In this document: in pieces, positions 50,302 through 60,314 of the stretch | How positions within the stretch are numbered: position 1 is the stretch's first letter | How the letters are laid out: every line of letters starts with the position of its first letter | Sequence record: DRR723986_4803 | Strand: one strand, 5' to 3' | DNA length: 64,000 nucleotides | Translations under genes and position numbers: made by a program | Notes under the pieces: model-generated | Told to the model about the DNA's origin: nothing | The model's input: only the letters and a program-made list of their open reading frames with translations | Database searches by the model: none

Positions 50302-51579
50302 CTAGCAATCGAAGATGGTCTCGACATTGCCCCGAAGCACCTGTGTGCCAACGGCAATGGCACGCATTTCGCTCCATCCCATGTCCTGGACAAAGTGCCC
50401 AGCGAGCACACGCGCGAGGCAACGTTTGTACATCGCAAACTTCGGTTGTGCGAATTCAAGTTTGTACATGTCGCTGTAGTAGCCAATCACCTTGTTGCGG
50501 GGCACCGCTTCCATCCGATGGTGCAAATCGCGTGTGATGATCGATGGTGTGTTGCTATACCACCAATGTCCGTTGCAGACGACGTTTGGGAAAATCCAAG
50601 CGTAGCTCACCAGTTCCTGGTTCGTAACGCTTGCGAGCACCGAAATCGGGAACGTCACATCTGGGAACGCGTTGAACAGTTCGCGGTACTGGATCAACGA
50701 CACCCGACTGTCGTACAGGTCTTGCCCTTGGAAAACGCCGTCTGGATAAACGGACCGATTGACACCGATCATCAAGTCAAACGGCAGCTTCCTCGCTTGG
50801 CAGTTGGTTGCTAGGTTCCAAAATACCCAGCAACTCAGCTCGGCTAAGTCATCGTTGCTTTCGTTGCCTGCGAGCACTTTCGAAAGAGCCGCTTCGGCCA
50901 CTGCATCGGAAACATTGTGCGGTGCAAAGTCCGGTGGAAGGCTGATGGCACATGCCTTGGCGTTGTTCGCGCAGAAGTGCTCGAATAATTGCCCCAGGGC
51001 CTGGCCAAGTGCTGCCAAGCTTGTAACGCTGGTGCCAGTGCATTTCTCAAGCCGCTCACGAACCTCAGGCTTGCGGAAGTGGAAAACCAAATCGTCAGTT
51101 CGCAGGCATGGGATGTATCGCGAAGTGTCGAAGCCGGCGAGCGCATCATCAAAGTCGTTGGTCAAGAATACCGCTTCGAGCTTAGACAGCTTCAAGACCT
51201 CGTCTTCCCAGTCCGCAGAATCCAGCTTTGCCTGTGCCGCATCATAAAACGCTTCCCAGTTGCTCGTGTCGAGTTGCTCGAGCTCAACACCAAAGAGCTC
51301 CTTGCCAGCTTCGAGCAACCAGCTCAGTTGAACCGTGTTGCTCAGTGGCCCCAGCCCTTCGACGAGCCGACCAACTTTTTCTTTGGGCGACAGATTCGGG
51401 TCTTCGATCGCTGACTTCGGCATTCCCGCCGAGTGCGCTAGCTCCGTGTAGTAGTGATAGCCCAAGATATCAGCCAACGTTTCGCTTGCGGGCGAATGTG
51501 GATTGATGTGGGTGTGCGGATCAATCAGGACTAGCGAATTGAGTTCATCAAAGATTCGTTTTTCAAGTGCTTCAGACAT
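50302..51579 (-). CDS. Amidohydrolase-superfamily protein, uronate isomerase (UxaC)-like
   Basis: IDPHTH metal motif, GYHYYTEL, TND, GHWWY, YYSD. Confidence 0.72.
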   Translation of the reverse strand: MSEALEKRIFDELNSLVLIDPHTHINPHSPASETLADILGYHYYTELAHSAGMPKSAIEDPNLSPKEKVGRLVEGLGPLSNTVQLSWLLEAGKELFGVELEQLDTSNWEAFYDAAQAKLDSADWEDEVLKLSKLEAVFLTNDFDDALAGFDTSRYIPCLRTDDLVFHFRKPEVRERLEKCTGTSVTSLAALGQALGQLFEHFCANNAKACAISLPPDFAPHNVSDAVAEAALSKVLAGNESNDDLAELSCWVFWNLATNCQARKLPFDLMIGVNRSVYPDGVFQGQDLYDSRVSLIQYRELFNAFPDVTFPISVLASVTNQELVSYAWIFPNVVCNGHWWYSNTPSIITRDLHHRMEAVPRNKVIGYYSDMYKLEFAQPKFAMYKRCLARVLAGHFVQDMGWSEMRAIAVGTQVLRGNVETIFDC

Positions 51580-51872
51580 GCCAGAAACCGATTCAAATTT
51601 GGGACTTCTCCGTCGCTGCGGTGGCCACTAAAGTCTCACCCAACGATCGGCAATACTACTAACTGGCCTAGAGTCTAGCCGATAATGCTTAGATGTCGCC
51701 CCCGCAGGCACTCGCACAGTAGCAGCTAAGCGCCCATAATCCTAAGGGCAAGTTGCGGATGCAGTTTAGTGACTGTTCAAACGGCCGTGTGTGCACTGGC
51801 TCGCTTAACCAGTGTGTACTTGCCCGAGTAAGTCGAAGCCCCTGGACGCAGCCAACTTCTCAGGATCACCGA

Positions 51873-52667
51873 ATGACCGAACTCCCCCTAGGACTTGAAG
51901 AGCTTGAAGAAAACGGTTGCACGTTTGTCCGTGGAGTAATCGATGCTGCCGGCCTGCGAGCAGCATCGATGGAAATTGATTCGCTGCTTAATTCTTCATT
52001 GCCTGGGGTGCTGAAGAGTCGCGACATCGGTTACGGCGTCCGCAATCTTCTCGAGCACTGGCCTGCGTCGGTGGATCTGATCCAGCAGTCCCCTGCCCTG
52101 GTTGAATTGATCAGAGCCGTTATGGGAAGCGGCGTGGGCGTTGTTCGCGGGTTGCTCTTTGACAAACCGCCGGAACGCAGTTGGACGCTGCCGTGGCATC
52201 GTGACCGGACGATTGCCGTTGAGCAAACTCAGGCAACTTTACCTGATGGATTCCGGTCTCCGACGAAGAAGGCGGGTATCCTGCATTTGAATGCGCCAAG
52301 CGACTTCCTTGCCCGGATGCTGACGCTTCGGTTCTCGATTGACCCAATGACCAGTCAGAACGGTCAGCTCAGCGTTATGCCTGGCTCGCACAGTACTGGA
52401 CTAAACGAAGACATCGATTTGGAGGCGTCCAAAACAGAGCCAGTTGATGAATCGGCCAGCAGTATTCGTACTGTTGCGGGCGCGAAACGGGTGCATTCAG
52501 TCACCTGCGACGCGGGCGATGTATTCGTCATGCGCCCACTGCTCGCCCACTGCAGCAGTAAATCGAATGAGAACACGACACTTCGCCGACGAGTAATCCA
52601 CCTTGAACTCGCTCCCCTAGCCCTTGTCCCTACCCCGCTCAAGTGGCACAGCTTCATCCCGATCTAA
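51873..52667 (+). CDS. Phytanoyl-CoA dioxygenase (PhyH) family Fe/2OG enzyme
   Basis: FDKPP, PWHRD, NG.L.VMPGSH, GDVFVMRPLLAH.S, RRVIHLE. Confidence 0.88.
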   Translation: MTELPLGLEELEENGCTFVRGVIDAAGLRAASMEIDSLLNSSLPGVLKSRDIGYGVRNLLEHWPASVDLIQQSPALVELIRAVMGSGVGVVRGLLFDKPPERSWTLPWHRDRTIAVEQTQATLPDGFRSPTKKAGILHLNAPSDFLARMLTLRFSIDPMTSQNGQLSVMPGSHSTGLNEDIDLEASKTEPVDESASSIRTVAGAKRVHSVTCDAGDVFVMRPLLAHCSSKSNENTTLRRRVIHLELAPLALVPTPLKWHSFIPI

Positions 52668-52879
52668 GCAACGCTATCTTGCTAACCGTAGAGCTTTTAC
52701 CCGCCATTGCTGCTTCAGTCATTTCTTCCCATCCATCTCCGCCGCGATTCGACAATATTCTTCGCCATAGGAATCGCTGACGGACGCGATAACTTGCTTG
52801 TTAATTAAGCAAAGAAGTGCATCAGGATGATCGATTGATTGAGGGGGACTGGATAACTTGACGCTTGCAGCGTCCTGCG

Positions 52880-53740
52880 TCATTTCGAGTCGTCAGAGTG
52901 CAGAGCAGGATACTTGGTCATCATGGCGGACCGATCGCGTAGGCTAAGTTTCGCAAGATACGCCTGGGTCGACTCGCCCTGTTTTAATCGCCCAATTGCT
53001 TGCCAGTAGAATTCGAGTTGTGACCGCGTTAGGCTCCGTTTGGCAGTCATCTCCAGTCGCGAAAGTTTGCGGCTTGAGATGACTTCAAATCGCCCCTTTT
53101 CTTTCAGGGTTGCCTGGATCTTCGATTCAATCTCATCAACCCATTTTCTGAACAGGCTCCTTTGTTTATCACTCAACTCCATCGTTCTGGCAACGAGGTC
53201 TAGGTCGGCAAATCGGAATTGGTCACACTTGATCAGGTAAAGAACAAGAGCCTTGCTTTGTTTCGGCAGTAAGATCTCCTCGATGTCATCACTGAGTTGC
53301 GACTCAGACACTTCTTCTCGTGACGCATACGTCGCGAGGGCCTTTGTGATCTTCTTTTCTTTCGAGGTTTTCGCATCGTCTGCGCAAACGCGAAAGGAAT
53401 GCACTGCTTCCGCCTCCGCCTCAGTTCTTGCCGCCGCTCGCTTTTTTAGCGATTGCCGAACCAGCCTTTTCTGCTCCTGCGTAAGGCCAAGCTGTTCGGC
53501 TAGGTTTGGCGAACGATCCCAGTAGTCCGCAATCGAAAAAGTCCTTGCATCGGACAATCGACCAGCAACGGAATGATCATAGCCCTCCACCCTTCGGAAA
53601 ATCTCGGAGGTCTCCTCCGGTGGAACCGGTGTCGAACCGTGCTCGAGTGCATCCTGCTGGGGTGCCTCTTGGGCCTGCGCAAGTGCAGGCATGCAAGAAG
53701 TAAGCGCCAGAGTGAGAAACGCGAAAAACTTATTGACCAT
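52880..53740 (-). CDS. Exported helical protein with LTxxQ-like motifs (Spy/CpxP-like)
   Basis: Signal peptide ending ALA/QA after a GGAGG Shine-Dalgarno; LGLTQEQK, LLPKQ, MELSDKQR, LTRSQ. Confidence 0.65.
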   Translation of the reverse strand: MVNKFFAFLTLALTSCMPALAQAQEAPQQDALEHGSTPVPPEETSEIFRRVEGYDHSVAGRLSDARTFSIADYWDRSPNLAEQLGLTQEQKRLVRQSLKKRAAARTEAEAEAVHSFRVCADDAKTSKEKKITKALATYASREEVSESQLSDDIEEILLPKQSKALVLYLIKCDQFRFADLDLVARTMELSDKQRSLFRKWVDEIESKIQATLKEKGRFEVISSRKLSRLEMTAKRSLTRSQLEFYWQAIGRLKQGESTQAYLAKLSLRDRSAMMTKYPALHSDDSK

Positions 53741-54061
53741 CGTAGCTGCCTCCTGCACCGGGATACGGATTGCCTGCACCGACGTCGATTTAACATCATG
53801 GATGACCGGAGTATATCTCGCCCCCTCCTTGGAGGTCAACCGGTCGGGGAACCGCTGAGGTGGGTAGCATGGACATCAGACTGAAGGTGAAATGGCCGCG
53901 ACTCGTCTTCAACGAATCTGAAAGGGAGATGCGGTTCCTGGAGCAAGACATTTTGCCACGCTGGTGCTGGGAGTTGCATGAGCCAGCTCGTCGCTAGTTG
54001 AGGCAAATACTTCCGCGGCAGCGGTTGCAACTGCCGCAGAAGTTGAAGGATGACGGCGTTG

Positions 54062-56692
54062 CTATTCGATCCCGAACGTCTCGCCACCAGAACGTGTTAT
54101 CAGAGCATCCCAGATTTTCTGGTCGATGTTGTTTGACAGGAATCGCACAGAACCGTCCGCCATGGCAACGATGATGCCGGGATCCGATGCACGGGATGTT
54201 CCCAAGCGCGGCAAGTCAGCAGTGTCGGACAGATCCGTTGGCTGAGTCCAGGGGACGACCTTGGTTGTTTCGGCCAACATAATTGTACTGGCTAGACCAT
54301 CAGTGAAGTCGCGGAACTTAGGCTCCCGATCGCCACTCATTGTCAGCCCACCATCTTCCGAAACAATCGCCTGATATGGAGTGGTCGTCGTTCCTGAAGT
54401 GCCCGCGATTGCGAAGACTTGTGGCATCTTATTGAGTACTCGAAGGTTGAGTTCGCTATCCCACGGCTGATCCTTACGATACTGCTGGTACAAATCGGCG
54501 TGCTCAAGGAATGGCAGCAATTCGACTCGCCAACTGCGTTTCTCGCCTGAGTCTCGATCCGTCACAACAGCCGGTGGAAGGTGACCATAGGCATCATGGT
54601 AATTGTGAAAGGCGAGCATCAATTGCTTCATGTTGTTCATCGACTGCGTTCTCCGTGCAGCAGTTCTTGCTGAGGAGATGGCCGGAACTGCCAAACCAAT
54701 CATCGGATACGCTGCATCGGATAGCTCTGCGGAGATGCTTACTTGGTCCGCTGTGGAATTGATTTCAAGGCTGTCCAATAGCTCCGTTCCCGCTTTGGCT
54801 GCCGCTGCGGCCATGACCATTTGAGTTGGATTGCTGTTCAGTTCTCCGGTTGCCTTCGACATGCTGTCGAGATAGTTGCGGCCTAGGAACTTCAGTGCTG
54901 TGAGCGTTTCAGAGACCTTCTTCGGATCCGTCGAGTCCATTTGAGCTGAAATAGTCAGGCTATCCGAGAGTGTAACACCTGCCGATAGGATGCTTACATC
55001 CATCCACAGCGGTGCGAATGCCATGGCGGGGCCTTGGTCACCAACTCGCTGGGCAAAGGATTGCATCCAGGCCGTCTTGCTGGCCATGCGGACGTGTGAG
55101 TCGCCATTGCGAGCCAGCATTCCTTCGAGTTCGTCGTCGCCACCACCAATTCCGAGCAGTTCAAGCACTTCTTCGCTCTGGTGAAATGCCAGAGTGTGGG
55201 AGTCTAGCAATCTTACCTGCGGCCGCTGCTGGAAGGATTCCTGGCTGCGAATGATCACCAAAGGTTCTGCGGCTGCATGCCCTCGACTGGGCGAAAGCAT
55301 CACGATAGCGATATCAGTAATAGAGTCCTTTTTGAGTTTGTAGCCGTGAACATCAAACTGCTCTGGGAGATCTGCCTGCTTTAGGATTGCTTGAATTCCC
55401 TCGGTGGCCATTGCTGGCTGAACATCAACGCAGACGACGGCTTCCCAAAGACCCGCTGGTATGTAGCTTGCAACGGTCGGCTGGTCGGCTTGGCCTTCAG
55501 CAGCGTTTTCCCCAGATCTAAGTGTTTCCTGAGCGACGAGCGTGTGAGGCCGCAGGCCGGTCGATAGCGTGGCTACGGCAACCAGCAGCAATGCGGCGAA
55601 AGCGGAATAACACCGATTGAGCGTTGGCCCGGTTTTGGGCAAATTTCTTAACATCTCTAACCTCCTAACAAACATGCGCCGGGGAGGCAAAAAGGCTTGG
55701 CACGGCCCCGGAGTCCGTACCTTGGGTTGTCGCAAAGCTAGACCAGCCAAGATCTCGACATAACGTTGATGACCACCAACGGTTTGAGCGGCCAGTGCAT
55801 CGGCGGCTAGTTCTTGATCGAGCCGCAATCTTTGCAATACGATGTGAGCGAGTGGGTGATAGAAGTTGATAGCGACCGCCAATTGGCCGACCGCGGTCGA
55901 CGCAAAGTCTCGCCGCTTTACATGGGCTAGCTCGTGAGCCAGAACAGCGCGGCGTTCCTCGTCGGTCCAGGATCTCCAGCCCTGGGGCAACAGCAACAGT
56001 GGGCGTCGCCATCCGACAATGGCTGCTGAACCAAGAGAGCTCGTTTCCGCAGTTTCAACGTGTGGTTTGATTCCCAGTTCGCTCCTGAATTCTTCGAGGT
56101 CGCTGGCAAGTTCGTCGCAAGCGATCGGTACAGCGGAACTTCGGAGCTTCCGAATCTGCCAATAGCCAGCCAGCAATCGAGCGATACCGAATGCAACACA
56201 AAGGCTTGCGGCGAAAAGGAGCACAGAGCCGGTGATTCCCCAATGCCGAGGCGGGGCGTCTGCGGTGCTTTCACTTGATGGAGCGGCATCACTGGTTGGT
56301 GTCACGCGGTTGACGAACAACTCGGATGCGTACACTGAGACTTGCTGCCAGGATGTGAGGTCGCCCTGCCCTGCTCCGGCAGTTTCGACTGCAGCGGCAG
56401 GAGCGTCGGCGGGCAAGACTGCAGTTGGCGACGGGGGAGCCTGCATAAGCTGGCCCCAGCTCCACCCTTCAATAGGGCCAACTCCGGACATCAGAACGAT
56501 AGATGCCGGAACCAGCGCCATCAGTAGTAGTCCCAAGAGTGAGATCCTGACGCGAGCTGCTGGTGTGATCGTTCGGGCGAGAATGACCAGCATGTAAGCA
56601 GCGATAGCGATAACGGAAGCTTGCACCAGAACCCATGAGAGCTGCAGGGTGTCGGGTATGCTAGACAGCCATTGCGTGATATTTCCTACCAT
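54062..56692 (-). CDS. M56/BlaR1-family metallopeptidase fused to C-terminal DUF1559 domain
   Basis: TM segments, HELAH zincin motif, ELAAD; C-terminal PAISSARTAARRTQSMNNMKQLMLAFHNYHD...FTDGLASTIML...MADGSVRFL. Confidence 0.92.
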   Translation of the reverse strand: MVGNITQWLSSIPDTLQLSWVLVQASVIAIAAYMLVILARTITPAARVRISLLGLLLMALVPASIVLMSGVGPIEGWSWGQLMQAPPSPTAVLPADAPAAAVETAGAGQGDLTSWQQVSVYASELFVNRVTPTSDAAPSSESTADAPPRHWGITGSVLLFAASLCVAFGIARLLAGYWQIRKLRSSAVPIACDELASDLEEFRSELGIKPHVETAETSSLGSAAIVGWRRPLLLLPQGWRSWTDEERRAVLAHELAHVKRRDFASTAVGQLAVAINFYHPLAHIVLQRLRLDQELAADALAAQTVGGHQRYVEILAGLALRQPKVRTPGPCQAFLPPRRMFVRRLEMLRNLPKTGPTLNRCYSAFAALLLVAVATLSTGLRPHTLVAQETLRSGENAAEGQADQPTVASYIPAGLWEAVVCVDVQPAMATEGIQAILKQADLPEQFDVHGYKLKKDSITDIAIVMLSPSRGHAAAEPLVIIRSQESFQQRPQVRLLDSHTLAFHQSEEVLELLGIGGGDDELEGMLARNGDSHVRMASKTAWMQSFAQRVGDQGPAMAFAPLWMDVSILSAGVTLSDSLTISAQMDSTDPKKVSETLTALKFLGRNYLDSMSKATGELNSNPTQMVMAAAAAKAGTELLDSLEINSTADQVSISAELSDAAYPMIGLAVPAISSARTAARRTQSMNNMKQLMLAFHNYHDAYGHLPPAVVTDRDSGEKRSWRVELLPFLEHADLYQQYRKDQPWDSELNLRVLNKMPQVFAIAGTSGTTTTPYQAIVSEDGGLTMSGDREPKFRDFTDGLASTIMLAETTKVVPWTQPTDLSDTADLPRLGTSRASDPGIIVAMADGSVRFLSNNIDQKIWDALITRSGGETFGIE

Positions 56693-56704
56693 GTTCGGCC
56701 CCTT

Positions 56705-57109
56705 CTACTTCTTCGGTTTCGACTTGTTGGAATTCTGGACCAAGGCCTGCAAGCGGCGGCGTTCGCGGGTCGTCATCTCTTCGTCTTCCATCAAGCGTTG
56801 CAGAAGTGCTTCGGCCGAACCGCCAAACACTTTGTGCATTAGATCTTTCAGGAGCCGGCCAGATACTTCTTGGTGAGTCCGCGTTGGTTTGAACTCATGA
56901 GGACGTCGCTCGGTTGTCTGCTCGAGGAATCCCTTCTCAACCAAGATGCGGACGAGTGTTGCAACGGTTGTGTAAGCGAGCTCGCGATTTTCATCGGTCA
57001 ATTCGGACTGGACATCGGCAATCGTTATCGTGTTGTCAGGACGCTGCCAGAAGACCTGCATGATCTCCAGCTCGCGTTCTGTCAGCTCAGTCGCTTTGGG
57101 TCGAGCCAT
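56705..57109 (-). CDS. BlaI/MecI/CopY family transcriptional repressor
   Basis: LTERELEIMQVFW, LAYTTVATLVRILVEKGFL, KVFGGS; directly upstream of the M56 gene. Confidence 0.95.
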   Translation of the reverse strand: MARPKATELTERELEIMQVFWQRPDNTITIADVQSELTDENRELAYTTVATLVRILVEKGFLEQTTERRPHEFKPTRTHQEVSGRLLKDLMHKVFGGSAEALLQRLMEDEEMTTRERRRLQALVQNSNKSKPKK

Positions 57110-57126
57110 AGTGGATTCGCTCCAAG

Positions 57127-57205
57127 TTTGGTTTCTTAGTAATGCTGCTTTGGTTTTTTAGTAGTTTTGCGTTGCGATTGCAAGCGGTTTTATTAAAAAA
57201 CCAAA
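57127..57205. promoter_or_regulatory. Putative BlaI operator: three copies of TTTGGTTTYTTARTA
   Basis: Direct copies at 57127-57141 and 57149-57163, inverted copy at 57191-57205; they flank a TTGCAA-N17-TAAAAA promoter-like sequence on the minus strand. Confidence 0.7.
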
Positions 57206-57478
57206 GAAATGCTGTGGTCGTCCTCCAAGCAGCCCAAACGCTCACCCTCCAGTAAGCCCGGGACGCCCGCACACTTTGCACGTGCGAATCCGCCCAGCTT
57301 GCGTGCGTAGGCGCGGCGTTACTCCCGGCGTTCGAGGTTTTTCACACGGGCAATCCTCGGCACGCCCTTTGCTGATTGCATTTACGTGGACGAGCAGTGT
57401 GGTGGTCCGCGCGTCGGCAGTGTCTCGAGGCGGTGCGTGGTCCGTGAATCTTTGGTGTTTTATTAGGCGAGAGAGAAG

Positions 57479-58573
57479 ATGTCAGCAACAGAAACACAGA
57501 TGGCTCCTAACAAAGTGATGTCTCACGAGATCCACTGCTCTTACTTCTCTCAAGAAGACTTGCTCGGGGCGGGCTGCTTAGACCTAAATTTGGCAATGGA
57601 TGCAGCGGCGCGTTCGATTCGACTTTTCGAAGAGGGTGACATAATCTTTCCGGAGAAGATTGTGCAGATCTTCAACGACGAAACTCAGGAGCGAATCAAT
57701 TGCCTGCCCGCGACCTTTAAGAGTGACAAAATCTGTGGCGTGAAATGGGTTTCGGTATTTCCGCCCAATCCAGCCAAGTTTGGTATTCAGAATCTTTCCG
57801 CGGTCATGATTCTCTCCGAAATTCAGCATGGGTTGCCAATCGCAATTATGGAGGGAACACTTTGCTCGAACATGCGAGTTGGCGCGATGGGAGGTTTGGC
57901 AGCCAAGCACCTTGCCAACCCCGATTCGCGACGTATCGGATTTATTGGCGCAGGCGAACAAGCTAAGATGCACTTAATTGCAATGAAGACAGCGTTGCCG
58001 TCCCTTGAGGAATGTTGTATCGGTGCCAAGACCGAAGCTGAGGAGCAGGAGTTTGTTGAGCAGATGCAACCGGTGATTCCCGAGCTAAGTTTTTCGACCG
58101 CTGGCACTGACTTGTCCAAAGCGGCAATCGACTCGGACGTCATTGTCACGGCGACGAGCGCTCAAGCTCCGCTGCTAAAGGCGGCTTGGGTGAAACCTGG
58201 TGCTTTCTACAGCCACGTTGGTGGATGGGAAGATGAATTTGAGGTTGCGAAGTTGTGCGACAAGATCGTTTGTGATGACTGGGAAACGGTCAAACACAGA
58301 ACACAAACTTTGAGCCGCATGTATAAAGCGGGCGAGTTGTCGGACGCAGACATCCACGCAAATCTGTCCGAGATTCTCCTGGGCAACAAACCTGGACGCG
58401 AGTCGCCCACGGAGCGTACATATTTCAACGCTGTCGGATTGGCCTACACTGATGTTGGTATTGCCTATGCAATGTACCAACGAGCTCGCGAGGCAGGCCT
58501 GGGCCAGGAATTGAAGATCCAAAATGAAATGATCTTCGAGCACAAGAGCCTCAAGGACTGGGCTCGCATTTAG
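57479..58573 (+). CDS. Ornithine cyclodeaminase / mu-crystallin family protein
   Basis: RINCLPA, GVKWVSVFPPNP, GFIGAGEQA, DVIVTATSA, FNAVGLAYTDV. Confidence 0.9.
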   Translation: MSATETQMAPNKVMSHEIHCSYFSQEDLLGAGCLDLNLAMDAAARSIRLFEEGDIIFPEKIVQIFNDETQERINCLPATFKSDKICGVKWVSVFPPNPAKFGIQNLSAVMILSEIQHGLPIAIMEGTLCSNMRVGAMGGLAAKHLANPDSRRIGFIGAGEQAKMHLIAMKTALPSLEECCIGAKTEAEEQEFVEQMQPVIPELSFSTAGTDLSKAAIDSDVIVTATSAQAPLLKAAWVKPGAFYSHVGGWEDEFEVAKLCDKIVCDDWETVKHRTQTLSRMYKAGELSDADIHANLSEILLGNKPGRESPTERTYFNAVGLAYTDVGIAYAMYQRAREAGLGQELKIQNEMIFEHKSLKDWARI

Positions 58574-59127
58574 GCGAATTGCCGTCACTGTCGAATTGCT
58601 GTCCCTGGGGAGGCACCGTTCCAAATGATACTGCTCAGTGTCAGTGAAGGGGCGCGAAAAGCGTTGCTAGCTTTACGGCGCGTGCTCAACGTCCGAAGCT
58701 GCGCCTGAGAATTCTCTTGCCGCTCAAGTCCAGGCGGTGCCCCCCTGCTCCGTTTTGATTCTCCACGCACTGTAATTCCGGCGCTACGCTATTGAGCGGA
58801 TTCTGCGTTCGTCGACGCTGGTTTTGGGGCCTACTTGTGTGAGCGCGGTCCATTTAGGAATTGCGGACCCCGTGCCTATCAACGGCATTCGACGCGCGCT
58901 CCGGGCCGTCGGTCTATTGGCCCTTTGGCTTGGGACACTCGGGATTCCTTTGGCGAAGCGGGTGTTTTGGCTGCCGTGGCGTCCTTTTCGTGTTTTCGCG
59001 ACCACCGTAGAATGCGCCTCGAAAGCTGGCGCGAGTGTGCAGGAGCAGGTGGCCGAGGGGCTGTCATCAAGCTTGCGAGCTGCTTTGTGGTTGCTCCGCC
59101 GAGCAAGTTCTACCGAAAGAGGATTCC

Positions 59128-60219
59128 GTGAACGAACGCAAATTCAATTTTTCTGCAGGTCCCGCCGTTCTTCCGGTACCGGTACTGGAGCAGATTCGCG
59201 ATGAGATGCTGTGCCTGCCAGGAGCAAATGCTTCGGTAATGGAGCTGTCGCATCGCAGTAAGCAGTTCGTTGCCATCCAGAACGATGCGAAAGAACGCCT
59301 AACACGACTGCTGGGCGTTGGCGATGACCATGAAGTGCTCTTCCTGCAGGGCGGCTCGCGACTTCAATTCTCGATGATCCCGATGAACCTGCTTCGCGGA
59401 AGTAATGCTCCAGCGCAGTACATCCTTACCGGTTCGTGGGGAAAGAACGCTAAAAGTGAGGCCGAGAAAGAGGGCGAAGTAGAAGTCGTCTATGACGCCG
59501 CTGATACCAATTACGACCGAATCCCTGACTTGGGCGATTTGCCGCTTTCCGACGAAGCTGCGTATGTCCATTTGACGATCAACGAGACCATTCAAGGCGT
59601 GCAGTTTCATGGGGATCCGACGACCGCAGCCCCGCTTGTAAGTGATTGTTCGAGCGATTTTCTGCATCGCCCCGTCGATATTAGCAAGTACGGCTTGCTG
59701 TACGCCTGTGCACAAAAGAACGCTGGGCCGGCTGGTGTGACGGTTGTTGTGATCCGTAAGGATCTCTTGTCACGCAGTCAGGATAGCTTGCCGGGTTATT
59801 TGAACTACAACAGCCACGTCTCGGCTGATTCGATGTGGAACACACCGCCGACGTTTGCTGTCTACGTCTTAGGTTTGGTTGCCAAGTGGATTGAAGAGAC
59901 GATGGGCGGTCTTGATCAACTGCACCAGCTCAACAAGCAAAAAGCGGCTCTGCTCTACGCGGCTGTCGACAAGAATCCGAACATGTTTATCGGCCACGCT
60001 CAGCCGGCAAATCGGTCGTTGATGAACGTAACATTCCGGCTCCCTAGCGATGACCTCCAAGCGAAGTTCTTGGCTGGGGCCGATGAAGCTGGAATGGAAA
60101 CTCTCAAGGGGCATAGAAGTGTGGGCGGTATTCGTGCCAGCATTTACAACGCCATGCCGCTGGAGGGTGTAGAGGCCCTGGCGTCCTTTATGGATGATTT
60201 TGCGTCAACAAACGGCTAA
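59128..60219 (+). CDS. serC: Phosphoserine aminotransferase
   Basis: FNFSAGPAVLP, SVMELSHRS, ACAQKNAGPAG (PLP Lys), NTPP, KGHRSVGGIRASIYNAMP; GTG 59128 follows GAGG. Confidence 0.97.
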   Translation: MNERKFNFSAGPAVLPVPVLEQIRDEMLCLPGANASVMELSHRSKQFVAIQNDAKERLTRLLGVGDDHEVLFLQGGSRLQFSMIPMNLLRGSNAPAQYILTGSWGKNAKSEAEKEGEVEVVYDAADTNYDRIPDLGDLPLSDEAAYVHLTINETIQGVQFHGDPTTAAPLVSDCSSDFLHRPVDISKYGLLYACAQKNAGPAGVTVVVIRKDLLSRSQDSLPGYLNYNSHVSADSMWNTPPTFAVYVLGLVAKWIEETMGGLDQLHQLNKQKAALLYAAVDKNPNMFIGHAQPANRSLMNVTFRLPSDDLQAKFLAGADEAGMETLKGHRSVGGIRASIYNAMPLEGVEALASFMDDFASTNG

Positions 60220-60314
60220 CGTAATTCGTTCGCTGCTGCAGGATGTCTGCGGTAGAAAAAACACTGCAACTATTTCAACAACAGTTCCCGCTTCCCGGCG
60301 AAGGCACTTGAACA

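Noticed and set aside
58750-59127. Riboswitch upstream of serC
   Set aside because: No glycine, ZTP, THF or SAM consensus recognisable by eye
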